Program-made: the position numbers and the translations under genes
The notes under the pieces: model-generated
Seen by the model: only the letters and a program-made list of their open reading frames with translations
What the model was told of the DNA's origin: nothing
Databases searched by the model: none
Part shown: positions 23,208-36,999 of the stretch, in pieces
How positions within the stretch are numbered: the stretch's first letter is position 1
Layout: the number at the start of each line of letters is the position of its first letter
Source of the DNA: Okamejei kenojei
Taxonomy: Eukaryota
Length of the DNA: 64,000 nucleotides
Direction of reading: 5' to 3'
NCBI GenBank assembly: GCA_035221665.1
Contig: CM069150.1
Location: forward strand, 31,124,001-31,188,000

Positions 23208-24049
23208 TTACAGTTTTCTGTAGTTACCCTACATAACCCTTACAGTTATTCCCCTCTATTTTACTTTGTGCAAGCACCTCACTTACTCTGTTCAACAAGG
23301 GACTACCCAGAAGGCCAGAAATAGCCCCAGGGAGATCCCACCCATTGTCAAATGCTCTCTTAGAGCTGATGTAACTCTATGTTTGAGAGCAGAGTTATTA
23401 GCTGCCTGCAGTAGCGGCCCTGCAGCCAGTCTGTGGAGCAGTAGAGCAGAACAAGCTGAATCATTAACAAACAAGAGACCTCTGTTCTTGCTGGGGTGTC
23501 ATGCGCATTTGGATTTTCCTCCATTAGGGCAAGAATCAGACTTCGGAAAATGCCTCCTATTATGTTAACAACTGCCTTGACCAGATTTTGATGACGAAGA
23601 ACTTGGTCCACTAGAAGATTTTGTTCTCTATTTAGCTATGAAGGACAGCCAAACGGTTTTGAATTCAGTCCCGAGGGAATGCTGCCCAATTGGAGGTGTC
23701 CTCTTTCAGATGCGGTATCAACCAAAATTCTGTCTTCCCCTCAGGTAGAGTTGAAAGATAGATTGGCATTATTCAAAGAGCTGAGTGCTTCGTAATGCAT
23801 CTGTATGTACACTATATTCTGCACTCCGATTTCTCTTTTGTACTACCTATTGTACTTATGGTTCGATTGTACTCGTCGTGCATGGTATGATTTGCCTGGA
23901 TAGCATCCAAAACAACGTTTTGTTACACAGTGCATTTGACAGTAATAAACCAAAAAAAATACTAGTCAGTAGAACTAACAATAGTGGTTGCACATTGTAC
24001 ACCAGGACTCAAGGGTCTGAGCTATAGGGAGAGGTTGAGCAGACAAGGA

Positions 24050-24211
24050 TCTACTCAATTTAATTCAATCTGTAATTGTCATTGTGCAGTGTACAATACA
24101 GAGACATCGAAATGCAGTTGGTATCTCCGAAGGGCGAACTTACGAATAACAAGTAATACACATACATATGCAGTGGTATCCATGCAATTTGCTGGTGATT
24201 GGATAGTCCGT

Positions 24212-24247
<36 letters not shown>

Positions 24248-25382
24248 AGAGACAGGCAGTCGTTGAGGTGCAGCGTTGAGAAGTGTGACAGCCGCAGTGT
24301 GTTCTTGAGCCTGCTGGTCCAGCAGCGGAGGGACCTGTAGTGTCTCCCAGATGGGAGGAGGGTAAACAGTCTATGGTTGGGGTGTGAGCTGTCCCTGACG
24401 ATGCTGTGCGCCCTGCGCAGGCATCGTTTACTATGGACAGACTCAATGGAGGGGAGTGAGGAGCCTGTGATGCGTTGGGCGATCTTCACCACCCTCTGCA
24501 GAGCTTTCTGGTCGGCAACAGAGCAGTTACCATACCATACTGTGATGCAGTTGGTAAGGATGCTCTCGAAGGTGCAGCGGTAGAAGTTCACCAGAATCTG
24601 GGGAGACAGGTGGACCTTCTTAAGTCTCCTCAGGAAGAAGAAACGCTGGTGAGCCTTCTTGATCAGCGAGGATGTGTTGTGGGTCCAGGAGAGGTCATCG
24701 GAGATGTTGACCCCCAGGAACCTGAAGCTGGAGACACGTTCCACCTCCATCCCGTTGATATGGATGGGGTTGTGCGTGCAGCCTCTCGATCTCCTGGTCA
24801 ACAATGAGCTCCTTGGTCTTCTTGGAGTTGAGGGCCAGGTTATTGTCGGCACACCATGCTGTTAGGAGCTGAACCTCCTCCCTGTTGGTCGACTCATCGT
24901 TGTCGCTGATAAGGCCAATCACCATTGTGTCATCTGCATACTTGATGATGGTGTTGGTACCATGTACAGGTATGCAGTCGTAGGTGAAGAGGGAGTAGAG
25001 GAGGGGGCTCAGCACGCAGCCCTGGGGTACGCCGGTGTTCAGGGTGAGCGTAGAAGAGGAGTGGTTATCCAACCTAACAGACTGTGGTCTGTTGGTTAGA
25101 AAGTCCAGTAACCAATTGCAGAGGGAGGGGTTGATGCCCAGGTCATTGAGTTTGGCTATCAATTTCGAGGGGATAATGGTGTTGAATGCTGAGCTGTAGT
25201 CGATGAACAGCATTCTCACATAAGTGTTTCTGTTGTCGAGGTGGGAGAGGGCGGAGTGGAGTGCCGTTGAGATGGCATCCTCCATGCTCCTGTTCTTGCG
25301 GTATGCAAACGTTCTTGGTAGGGGTCCAGAGTGGGAGGTAGGCAGCATTTGAGGTGTGCCATGACCAGCCTTTCAAAGCATT
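24050..25382 (-). mobile_element. Rex1/Babar-like LINE, 5'-truncated, frameshifted
   Basis: [68 protein letters not shown]; short tandem tail near 24055. Confidence 0.88.
24212..24246 (+). repeat. poly(G) run, ~35 nt
   Basis: Direct read; lies in the 3' region of the Rex1-like element. Confidence 0.9.
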
Positions 25383-25737
25383 TGTACTCATTGTACAAAT
25401 CATGAGTGTAATAGATTGGGTAAACGCACAGTCACTTCCCCAGAGTACGGGAATCGAGAACCAGAGAATATAGGTTTAAAGTTGGCAGGGAAAAATTTAA
25501 TAGGAACCCGAGGGGTAACTTTTATTTATACAAAAATGGTCGTGGGTGTGTGGGAAGAGTTGCCGGACCAGGTAGTTGAGGCAGGTGCTATCGTGACATT
25601 TAAGAAACATTCAAACAGGTGCATGGATAGGATGGCTTTGGAGAATTTGGGGTTGGAGGGACTAGTGTGGATGGGACATGTTGGTCGGTGTGGGCAACTT
25701 GGGCCAAAGGGCCAGTTTCCACCTGTTAGACTCTATT
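25383..25737 (+). mobile_element. Degenerate CR1 3' end
   Basis: VVGVWEELPDQVVEAGAIVTFKKH-like frame; tail ttgggccaaagggcc. Confidence 0.75.
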
Positions 25738-26127
25738 AAGTCACAAGGGGCTGAATTTTGGTAGAGAAGCGGAGGCTGTTACTATTATATAATGTGTGTA
25801 GCACTAGCAACCAATGATATCTTTCTAAACAGAAAGGTCTTGTCGATTTCTAAATCGATTTTAATTCCTCAACCAAAACTTAAAATCAAATAAAAAACAC
25901 AAAATTATTGTTAACACTCAGGAGGTCTGGCACAGCAGCAGACAGAATTCATGTTGATATTCTGTCATCAGGTTATACAGATAGGTCATTGGCTTGAAAC
26001 CATTGTCTGTTTCTCTCTCCACAGATGCTGCCCAACCCACAGAATGTGCTGTAGTTTTTAATTTGGATTTGCAGCATCAGCAGTTTTTTTGCTTTTCAAC
26101 CATTGAAACAAGTTTACTAACATACGT

Positions 26128-26130
<3 letters not shown>

Positions 26131-26206
<76 letters not shown>
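26131..26206 (+). repeat. (TG)n microsatellite, ~38 units
   Basis: Direct read. Confidence 0.97.
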
Positions 26207-26209
<3 letters not shown>

Positions 26210-29200
26210 TAAGCAAATACACTAGAATATCTCCAGTCAAAACTCTCCTGATTGAGCAGCATTGGATTAACTCAGAATACAGGATGCTGACACGTGGCAT
26301 TTTTAACAGTTGCGTTTTAGTGTTCCTCACAGCAGTGAGCTGCGTTTGGATCACAACAGCAAGAACCTAGTCGCAGGGAGCCTGTTTCTCCACCATCAGG
26401 AATGGGAGCAGCTGGTTGGGAAGCAGGGTCTGGATTCATGTGGTCAGGGCCCTCTCAAAGTAAGGATCGTCATGCAGAAACTTCTGGGGAATTAATCTCA
26501 TTGAGCACAATCCATTATTAACATCAGTGGGATATTTCCCAGCAATTTAGATCTGCAAGAAAAGCTGGAGCAGAATGTCTTCCATCCAGTTTCCTAACTG
26601 CGGTGAATCCATCCTCCAATGTTGTGGCATGAGTTCAAATACATGTTGCAAGGTGACTAACACCATTGCTGTTGAGTCCAGTGAACTCCATGTGCAGGCG
26701 CATTAAGTCTGACAGGTCCTAGCGATTCAACCTACCATGATCTGTAGTCTATGCTGGCAAACATTGATCATTTCAGAGATCCATGTTTAACTTTAATTAA
26801 GTTGCACACTGTGTTAAAGATGCATTTCCTTATTGAATTGCTAGATCAGGGAGCTTGGTGCAAGGAGTTAATTATCCATTTTGCACATCCAAGTAATTGG
26901 AGCCAGCTCTCATCATCAACTTTCCAGAGTATCGGTTTCATGCATTGGGCCAAAATATAGATTTCCTATGTGAATAAGCTTCATTATTCATCGACAGTGA
27001 ATAACAAATCAAAAAGAGCTGGCACAAATCAACACTTGTGTCCGACCGACTGTACAAAGAACAATGTGCATTTATAAAAGTATCTTCAATGTGAACAATT
27101 TTCATGACTCAATAGGTTCTTCACAAGAGAAAATATCAATTCAAAGTAATACCAAAATTAGTGGGATATCTTGAGCGGAGATAATCAAGGACATGGTCAA
27201 TAAGGGAACATAGTCAACAGTTTGAAAGAAAATGCAGAGTATTTTTAAACAAGGATCTTGGCATGTCTGATAACACACCCGACCAACAGCAGAGGCAGGG
27301 AAAGCAATGCTCAAAAGGTTAAAGGTTGCAAGAACAGAATGTGGTAGGGTTAGCAGAAGTTAGAGGGGAAGGAAGAAGAGGCCATTTTAAGATTTGAACA
27401 CAAATGTCAAACTCAAGTCCAGGGTAGACCAGCCATGGTGATATTGAATGGTGGAGTAGGCTTTGGAGGCCAAGTTGCCTCATCCCATTCCTCTTTTATC
27501 GTTGAAGTCTTCGGTGGAATGGGAGTCAGTAAAGATTGGTGAGCAATCCGTAACTTGATTCATGCATAAAAATAATCATGGAGGGGTAGCTAAAGTTCAC
27601 AGTATAGAATGCAAACTGGCCCATCACACACATACAAAGTCTGAGATGTGGATGCCTTAAACTACGTGCCCCACACTAGAACCTGTTACCACAAGAAAAT
27701 AGAAGCATTAATAGACCACCAGGCTCCTCAGGTCTGCCACATCATTCAACGGCCAAGTCTGGTCCACCCCAGACTCCTTGTGTCAATTCCTTGAACTTTC
27801 AAATAATTGTCTCCACCTTAAATATATCTTTATTATATTGTTAATGCTAATAAAAATATCACTAGAGATGAACATTTTGTACCACCAAGAATTATGCAGA
27901 TTACCAATGATGGAGAGACGACAGAATTTTTTCCAAAGACATAGAGATTCATAGATTAATTGGCTTGGCGAATATGTAAAAAAATTGTCCCTAGTATGTG
28001 TAGGATAGTGTTAATGTGTGGGGATCGCTGGACAGCATGGACCCGGTGGGCCGAAGGGGCTGTTTCCGCGCTGTATCTCTAAACTATACTAAGATCTAAA
28101 GCGTGGGTTTTAAAAGACGACGGGTAACTATTACTGCTAAAGAGTGTGTTTTGCCTCTTTTGCCAATTTACACTGGGGTTAAGAAGTGGTGCCAGCACCA
28201 TTAGCAATGGACAGCAGATGCTTCAGCTGTCCATGTATCTTCCACTCCATATCCAGACAGGTTACCATGACAATAACTACTAGGCCAAAGTCACCCTTCA
28301 GGCCTCCACCTGCCAGAAGCAGGTGGATATAGCAATCCTCCTGCTGATGGGATAGAGCAGGATTAAACAAAGGGTTTCATTACCTCCATGTAATCTGAGA
28401 ATTGGCATGGCATCCGAGTCTCACCTCCACAAAAGGCAGCAAGCACTGTTCTCTGCCGTAAAGCTGGTAATATAATCTACCTTGAAAAGGTATTCATAAT
28501 CAAATGAACAGGCATGTTATTCAAACAGAACACCATCCTCTGCACCAGGACAGGCACAGGCAATAGAAATTGCAGATCGCGATTTCTTGACCCGATCCTC
28601 GATATCACAGAATCTTGGAGTAACGATGCCAAGAGGCTGTTTGACCCACCATGGGTCTAAATATGTACATTTAAAGAAAATTGATTGATATGACTAGCAT
28701 TTGCTACTCAAAAAAATCATTAAAAATTTAATATTTTAAGAATTCTTGAGGAAGAGAACTGGAACAGATAGGTGTTCAATACCAGATTATTAATAAATAA
28801 CTTTTAAAGATTACTTTATTGCAAAAAGCACAGGAGAAGGCTAATCATCTTATTAGGTTTATGCTAACTTACAGCAGAACAATCTCATCAGACCTTTCTT
28901 CTTCCCCCATCAGTTCATCAGCCATTTACTTTCTCTAAAAGGGTATTTTGGTATGAACGGTTAATTTACCATCAGATCAGAGTGTGGGAGTAAACCATGC
29001 CAATTAGTGGAGCCTCACATGGTCACAGGGAGAACATGCAAACTGCACAAGGACAACAACAGTTTTAATCCAAGTCGCTGGAATTGAGATAACAGCACTA
29101 ACTGCTGCTTGTGTTGCACAGATTTAAAGTAAGTAAAATACATAATAGTTAACTCATTCACAGCTTTCGGCTCTTCATATGTTGGACTTTGATAGCCTTC

Positions 29201-29384
29201 ATATTTTAAGAGTTTGGTTTCTCATTACCCAAACATCTCATGAAAAAAAACAAACTCACAGATTATCTAGAATCCCAAGATGTCCTGTACTTTGTTTCCC
29301 ATTAGCTAGGCACACATGGAAATTTGTCTCACTCTTTTCCCCAGTCTCCAAACTAAGCAGACTTCCAAAATCTTGAAAGTAGAC

Positions 29385-29730
29385 TCAAGGAACTGCAGAC
29401 GCTGGTTACCAAAAGTGCTAGAATGACTCAGCAGATCAGGCGGCATCTCTGGATAGGTGATGTTTTGAGTTGGGACCCTTCTTCAGACCCACTATAGTGG
29501 GGAGAAGTAAGATGGAAAAGAGGTGGAACAGGACATGGTCTGGCAAGTGATAGGTAGATAGAGGAAGAGAACGTCTTCAACGTCGTAATACCTCAAGAAG
29601 ATTTTGCAGTGGAGCAGTAAAATGAAGACACAAGGAATTACAGATGTTGGTCACACAATGTGCTGGAGTAATTCAGTGGGCACCATGGCGGGAAGATATA
29701 GATAGGCGACGCTTCGAGTTGGGATCTTTG
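29385..29730 (-). mobile_element. Degenerate Penelope-type repeats
   Basis: aaggaactgcagacgctgg..gacccttcttcaga at 29387-29488 and a second decayed copy at ~29625-29730. Confidence 0.55.
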
Positions 29731-29797
29731 ACATCTATTATAAAAGGACAATTTTCAGGATATGGAGACAGAATGTTGGAAGTGCACAGTCTCTTCA

Positions 29798-30199
29798 GGC
29801 CCATTCTTAGTCACGTGTGTGACCAAAAAATATGAAAAATTGTGGAATACATCTCTTCTAATTCTGAAAGCATTACAAGCATATTGTTTTGTACTGTATA
29901 TACGATTCGTATATATTTTTTAAGTTTATCAAGTGACATTTTTGTAATGCTGACAATGTTTGTTTAGGGTCAGAGGTCAAATATGACCTCACACGGAAGC
30001 ATTTTTTCCCCCATAAGTTTTATCTTACAAACTCTGAATTTTAAAAAGTTAGAATGTTCATATGCATTATGATTCTATAGCAGGAAAATAGCAATGAATA
30101 AGATTAATCTCTTCCAATATATTTTTTTAATGTATTACTTTATGTGATGCCATTGGGTCACGTGTGTGACATTTTGGTTCACTTCCCAAAGAATGGCCC
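29798..30199. mobile_element. MITE with short TIRs and 4-bp TSD (Sola2-like)
   Basis: Ends GGCCCATTCTT / AAGAATGGCCC; TTCA on both sides (29794-29797, 30200-30203); GTCACGTGTGTGAC subterminal at both ends; AT-rich interior. Superfamily is an inference from GRG-like ends and the 4-bp TSD. Confidence 0.6.
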
Positions 30200-30954
30200 T
30201 TCAGAACAACTGTCCAGAGTATAACTGCTTAATATCAGAAGTAATCATGAAATTATATTTAAAATTAAATACACAGAAAACTTCTCATTAACCCAGCATG
30301 TCTAATAATTGATTTACTTTAATAAAACTAGGTCAGTTGTATAGAAGTACAATTTCATGCAGTTTCCTTGAAATTAGTTTAATGCAACTTCTAGCCTTCC
30401 TCCCAATTGTGCTCGCTCACGTCACTCTCAGAGGCTGTGTTGAAGCAACAAGATACTGTATTGATTTAGAGTTAACATTATCAGCTGCTTGTTCTCTTAT
30501 CTTGTTGCACTCTTGCACTGGAAAGCAGCAAATATCCTTATCTACTCTCACCGCCTTCAAAAAAACCGCGTGGAACAGATATACTGGTAACACTGAATCA
30601 TCAAAATTTAACGGAAAAAATACAGCTAAACTATTTTGGCAAACTCAAATTCAAAACTCATGGAGGTAAATTCTTCATGACACGCACTTGCCCTTCAAAA
30701 TTGGCCGCACCATGAAGACTCTCAACTGGAGATCAATAAGACTCCTCCATGTTATCAAGTTATGTTTACCAAGTTTGCATGCATACTGGCTACCTACACT
30801 TGCAGAAATGTGTTCATGTCTCTCCAGAGCCAAGCAATTACCCCTTCATTTGCTGAGCTCACCAATGTTACAGCACCTCAGTTTGGTGGGAGAACAATGC
30901 TGGACATATCTTGTCACAATTTCAGAAAAGATGAGCATATATGAAAATTACTTG

Positions 30955-31228
30955 TTTTAGAAACAGGCCCTTCAGTACACCCAGTCCACGCCAACCAGCA
31001 ATCACACCGTACACTAGTTATATCCTACACACCACGGACAATTTACAATTTTTACCGAAGTCAATTAACCTGCAAACTTTGGAGAGTGGGAGAAGACTGG
31101 AGCACCGGGAGAAAACCCACACGGTCACAGGGAGAACGTACAAACTCCATACAGAGAGCACCCGCAGTCAGGATCGAACCCGGGTCTCTGGCGCTGTAAG
31201 GCAGAAACTCTACCGCTGCGCCACTGTG
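30955..31228 (-). mobile_element. HE1-like tRNA-derived SINE
   Basis: Core plus caggatcgaacccggg (B-box) and ctctaccgctgcgccactgtg (A-box) in reverse. Confidence 0.85.
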
Positions 31229-32266
31229 TAGGTATGTTACAATACCTACCTTGAACAGCGCTGCAGTTCTGCCGCTCCCCGTGTGCGCGACTTTGGCGCC
31301 TTTCAGAGGGGGGCGGGTTTAAAATGCCGTTTTTCCCTAGACAGTCCAAATCGACCAATCTCAGGCAATTTCGTCGCTAAAGAGAAATCGCTCCGACATT
31401 TGTTATATGAAGCTATTTTTAAACTACGCTAGGTCATTTATTAACTAGAGTAGTTTAAAAATCATCTTCTAAAGCCCTGAACGCCGACAGCAGAACGGAC
31501 CTAACGTAGGCGATAAAAGAAGGTACGCAGTTTATTTTTACATAAAAACGTGCTTCTTATGCATTTAATCAAATTTTCATCATGCGAAAAGGGGCAAAAA
31601 AAAAACGAGCCGGCTGTATTTTTCCTGCCGACTGGGGGGTTAAATTCACCGCAAACCGCAACGTTCCAATCCACCGCATTCCACTAAAACCCACTCGCAA
31701 GTTGATTTAAATGACCACTAATTTACAGGAATTAAACACTAATTTCTTTCCATTTGGCCTATAAATTCATGAAAATTAGATTTAAAAATCATGTTATATT
31801 GTGGATTATTGTGTGAATGTTATTTGGACACTTTGGCAATTTAAAAATGTTTATCATTTCTTAAGAAATGGATAGATGTTTAGATCTAGTAATTGAATTT
31901 TGTAATTAGCTACAATTAGGTAACTAACTAATTATATGCTTTCATTTCAGATCATCCAAGTAAGATTGTTTCATATTTGTTTCGGAATGCTTCAATCTAT
32001 AATAACTGAAACTTTCATTGAGTTCTCTTAATTTTTAAGAAAGTTATGGGCTTTTAACTGTCCTCGATCACAGCTTTTGAGTTAAGTCAATGGAAAGTCA
32101 ATGGGGAACAAGATGCTAATTTCCGAGTATGAAAATGGCCATAACCTTTTTAATACTGAAGATATGAAAGTGAATTAGGTGTCAAATTAAACTTCTTTTT
32201 ATGCTTTATCTGATGGGATAAATTGCAGACTTGATTTTTAAAATCTCAAAATTTTGTAACAAGCTT
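31229..32266. mobile_element. Probable non-autonomous DNA transposon (~1 kb)
   Basis: Imperfect TIR taggtaTGTTACAA / TTGTAACAagcttg, CpG-rich left third, AT-rich remainder, no ORF; no clear TSD found. Confidence 0.5.
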
Positions 32267-35200
32267 GGGCCTGTTCTAAATGTGCTCATCGGGAGTCATT
32301 GTCTGCAATTATAACAAATCGAGACTGGCAGAATGAAATTGGGATTTCATGGTGGCATTAAGGTGGCATCTCCCCACAGGAGAAAGCTCTTGTTGACTAG
32401 TCACAACGGCATAATGGCCCCTCTCTGTGCTACAGGATTCCACAAATATTATCCAAGCCTGACCCTGCATCTTTGTGAACGGCAAACAGGGCAAGAAACA
32501 AAGCTGATGATGGCAGTATTGGAAACAAACTGGAAAAGCAGGGTAAGGGCTTTGGGGGAGGAGAAGGAGCAGACTATGAAGCACATGCACCAGCACACTT
32601 CTTTCAATATACTGTAGTTGTGCTGATTACATCAAGACAGTAGTGTCATATTACCAAACAAAACAAAACTGACTTTGTGAATATAATTGCTGGCAAAATG
32701 CATGTTTGAAGACAGAGCACTTTATTCAAAGAAGAAAAACCAGATACCACAGATGCCAGAGCTAGTTCCAAGTAAACAAACCAGATACTTGTTGCCACAC
32801 AACAGCACAATGTCTAGACATACCGCGAGAGGGAGAGAATATGGAATACAATAGCAGGTTGTGAACCGCATTTGATACGTTGTGCTAAGGAACTGCTGGT
32901 GGGTTGTACAGGGGTGAGGCTTAGAAATGCTTGAGTAGCATGAGCACATTTGTGCATAATCATGGTGCTGAGTAACATTCTGCGCTCAAATAAATGTTGA
33001 CATTTGAATGGAACTTTGAGAGTGCGTTCTATTCTCAGTCAGACGTATCGAGTACGCAGAGAGGCAAAGGTGGTGCTGGATTGAAGGGGATCCACAGACT
33101 TAATGCTGCCTGAACTGGATCCCTGATGGTCGATTGACAAGAGATTTGTGTGTTAAAGTGATGGTGCAGAACATTTGCAACCTATTAACTTTCAAAGAGT
33201 TAGGACAAATCTAGAGGCAGGATTGTCCATAGAGGAGGCTGCTTCCTTGACTTAGTGATCATTTATTGAAAAGATTCATAGGTCTATTTGAGCGTTAGTG
33301 AGAAACTGCTATCGGCAGTGTCATTACGTCATAAGGAATAGGAGTGGAATTAGGCCATTCGGCCATCAAGTCTAATCCACCGTCCAATCATGGCTGATCT
33401 ATCTCTCCCTCCTAACCCCATTCTCCTGCCTTCTCCCCATAACGTCTGCGGTGTCGGGAAACCACGGATAAAAATGCAACTGTTGTACATTAGCTGCTAA
33501 AGAAGCTCTCAGGAGGCACGATGCAAATGGCTGGCACAATCTCTAAATAAATAAGGAACTTTGAACATTTGTGTTAATATTGAACAGGAGGTTAATAATC
33601 TCTTGCATGAAATGGCCATGGTTGGACATTAAGCTGATCATGTGAGAGAGCCTGGCAACAGGCAGAGTAATGATTGGTGGCACATTACAAGCAGCTGCGG
33701 TGGTAGTCTAAAGCTTTAGAGACTAAGCTGCAGGCACGGACGACAATGACAACACACGGTTTGCACTGTGATTTCAACGCATGTACCAAGGAACTGATGG
33801 GACACACTGGGAGGAAGGGTCAGAAGGGAGGTTGCAGCAGGTGGTATGGCAGTAATGAGGGCTGAAAAGTGGGAAGATCAAACTCATACAACATCGAACC
33901 TCAGTTGCTACATGGGGAACTACAGAAGAGGATCACTGGGCCATTCACTGGAGGTAAAACAGATATGGGGGGGGGGGGGCGAAAAAAGAAAATCAAGCAA
34001 TCAGAAGAAAGGGATTGAACATTGAGTTTGAACATGGTACTGCGTCAGTGTAATTGATTTTGTATATTGTACTTGTATGATTGTGATGTGTTGTAAGATT
34101 TTTTTACTGAATTGTAAGCAAAAAAGGAATTTCACTGTACCTAGGTACATGTGACAATAAAGCATCATTGAAGTTTGCAAGATTACCAAAAAACATGAAG
34201 ACAGATAACCTAGTGACAAAGGTTAATGGAGAAAAGGTGGCAAAAACAGTGTCAGTCAAACACAACAGTAGAAATTAAATGTAACACTGGAGGGAGGGAT
34301 ATGGATGGAAGAGGAAAGGAAGGAGGGGAAAGAACGGGGAATAATAGAGAAATGTGGGACTCTGGGATTAAAGATGACATGGAGATGGGGAAAGGAACAG
34401 GGTGGTTAACTGTCTGGAGGGAGAAAAAAACCCAAGGTATTAAAATTGTATTAAATAATCTGCTATTTTCTTTGATCTTAAGAGTATAAATGTAAAATGC
34501 ACTTTCGGTTTCGGAGATTCTACTGAGACAGGGAGAGACATTTAGGCCAGTTCTAGGCAGACTTTATTCACAGAGAGGGTGGTGAAATTATGGAATTCTG
34601 TGCCACTGAACAGGGTAGAGCGCAAGTCACTGAATATTTAAAATATAGGTAGATATCTAAAGGATCTGGGTATAGAATGGGAATACGGTATCAGCCGTGA
34701 TTGTTCTGAACGACAGAGTAAGCTTAAAAGGTTTTATTTGTCGGTTTATTTTATAATCATCATTTGGTGCTTTAAAATATAATGGAATGGAATGGAATAC
34801 TTTATTGTCACATGTGACTACGCACAGTGAAATTATTTGCTTGCATACCAAATGTATACAAATAGCAGCCACCTACGGCGCAGACAAAGTTACAAAGTAC
34901 CCAGCTCCTCCTTTTGTTATCCCACCCCCCACCTCCACATATTGTCAGGTTGTCAGAAAATGGATTATTCAGCCAAATTACTGTGTGAATAAGTCCATTG
35001 GTGCAGTACATAACTGAAAAGCAGGATATTGCAAGCAGGAACCAAACACCACAGATGCTAGAGAACTGGTTAAATACTTGTCACACCCACAGCAATGTGT
35101 GAGCAGGACAGGATTCGAGATCCAAAAGCAATAGGTTGTAAATCACCTTGAGCAAATCTTTTACGATTAGGCTGACCACTCCTTTGGAAGCATAACTCAT

Positions 35201-35509
35201 GATTATGGGAGTGGTAAGTTTATACCAAAGTATTGTGCTGGCGGACTAATACTCTGCAAGAAAGAGTGTTGACATTTGAAGTGAACTTTGCTAGTACAAT
35301 GTGTTCACAATCAACCTCTAAACAGGAACACTAAGATACCCAGAGGGAGCAGTGGTTGTCATGTTGATGGCTAACAACACGATAAAAACTTCTAGGTGCT
35401 TCACACAAGTGTTAAGAAAATCCAAAAATGTGTCAACAACAGAGACACAGGACACTTAACCAATGTTTAATAAGTGTCCTTGTTAGATTTTAAAGGAGCA
35501 TCTTCAACC

Positions 35510-36776
35510 TAAATAAATATGCCACTGCCGTCACAGACTTCATTAGTAAGTGTGTAGAGGAATGGATGTCAAAGAAGACAATATACGTTTTCCTCAACCT
35601 GAAACCACAGATGCATCGTTAGGCCCATTCCCCACGTGGTCCTGGTCTGGAGGGTTCAAGACAAATAATCCTGAACAGTACATTAAATCTATTTGCAAGC
35701 TTCACAAAGCCATCTAGGATGCCATAGGGAATTCTGGACCAGGCTAGAGTCACGGAATAATCAACTGCACACCCAGCGATTGTGGCAACGTTTGCACGCT
35801 AAAAAGGGCTATAAAGTTAAGTTTGGCAGTATCACTGGCAACACCAAATCCTTCCTTGACGAGCATCCTATACTCACTTTGAACAGAAGATTGGTCGAAT
35901 GACATCATCCTCCTTGACAACCTCGGGTGTTCATGTACCTATGGTAACCATCGCAAATGTCAGATCAGCTTTCCTAAGAGTGAACAGGCCTGGATGGATC
36001 AAGAGGCTTGTCATGGCTCACATTAACTACATCCAGACAGTCTTGATCCGCTGCAATTTGACTATCATTGGAAAAAGTCCATGGCAGACGTCATCTCTCT
36101 GATCCTGTACTCATCCCTGGAAGATCTACATTACAAGGACACCCATGTCATACTCCTATTTATTAACGATAGATTTCCCCCCCTCACCAACCTAACCCCA
36201 ATCTTCACACACCTGCATCTAGGAGTTAGCACTCTGTTCAGCCACTAGAACCTTGACTTACTGACCCATAGACCAATGTCAGTGAGGATAGGTGACAAAA
36301 CATCCTGCAAAATAATTCTCAACACTAGTGTCCCAGCGATGTACAACAGGGATGCACTCTCGGCAACTTATTATACACCCTATATATTCATGGCTACATG
36401 GGAACATTCTGCATTGACTCCATTTAGAGGTTTACACTGTAGTGGGTTGAATCTCAAACAAGGAGTACAGAGAGGACACAGAGAGCTTAGTAACATGGTG
36501 GAAGACAACAACTTCTCCCTCAATGGCAGCAAGACAAGGAGTCAGTTGTTGACCTCAGGAAGCATCAATGGTGCCAAGTTGGAGATGGCCAAGATCTTCA
36601 GTTCCTAGGCATAAATTTCAGCAACAATTTATCCAGGGCCATCCATACTGAAGCTACTGCTAAGGAATCACACCAATTCCAAAGACTAAGGAAGTTCGGC
36701 ATGTCTCAAACGACTCTTACTAACTTCTACAGATGCACCGTAGAGCATCCTATCCTATCACAACTCGTTTGGGAAC
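35510..36776 (+). mobile_element. Highly decayed Rex1/Babar-like LINE (host of the Gypsy insertion; resumes at 38250-38402)
   Basis: Fragments KRLVMAHIN, SVRIGDKTSCKIILNT, DNNFSLNGSKTR; lines up with the better preserved copy at 24050-25382. Confidence 0.65.
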
Positions 36777-36981
36777 TGTAGATGGTTTATGCATGCAACC
36801 AATAATATAGCTACCTCAGTACCTATAACCCCGCCTTAGTTAACATCAATCATAACACTTTCCCCTCCCTGGGTATAGTTCAGTAGAAGAATGTAACCAG
36901 TGCTTGCTGACATGTGTTATACCCTGTGCTATCATTAAAGGATGCTATACACTTCAAGAGTATGTGAATTGCTTATTTACA
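36777..36981 (+). mobile_element. Gypsy LTR (205 bp)
   Basis: TGTA..TACA termini, ATTAAA at 36934-36939, immediately followed by a primer-binding site. Confidence 0.85.
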
Positions 36982-36999
36982 TGGTGTCAGAAGTGGGAT
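36982..36999 (+). promoter_or_regulatory. Primer-binding site for tRNA-Leu
   Basis: TGGTGTCAGAAGTGGGAT is the 18-nt complement of the vertebrate tRNA-Leu 3' end (..ATCCCACTTCTGACACCA). Confidence 0.88.

Noticed and set aside
24212-24246. Long G homopolymer as a functional G-quadruplex or poly-Gly/Pro ORF
   Set aside because: It lies within a dead LINE; long G/C runs recur in this window and their lengths may be sequencing-dependent.
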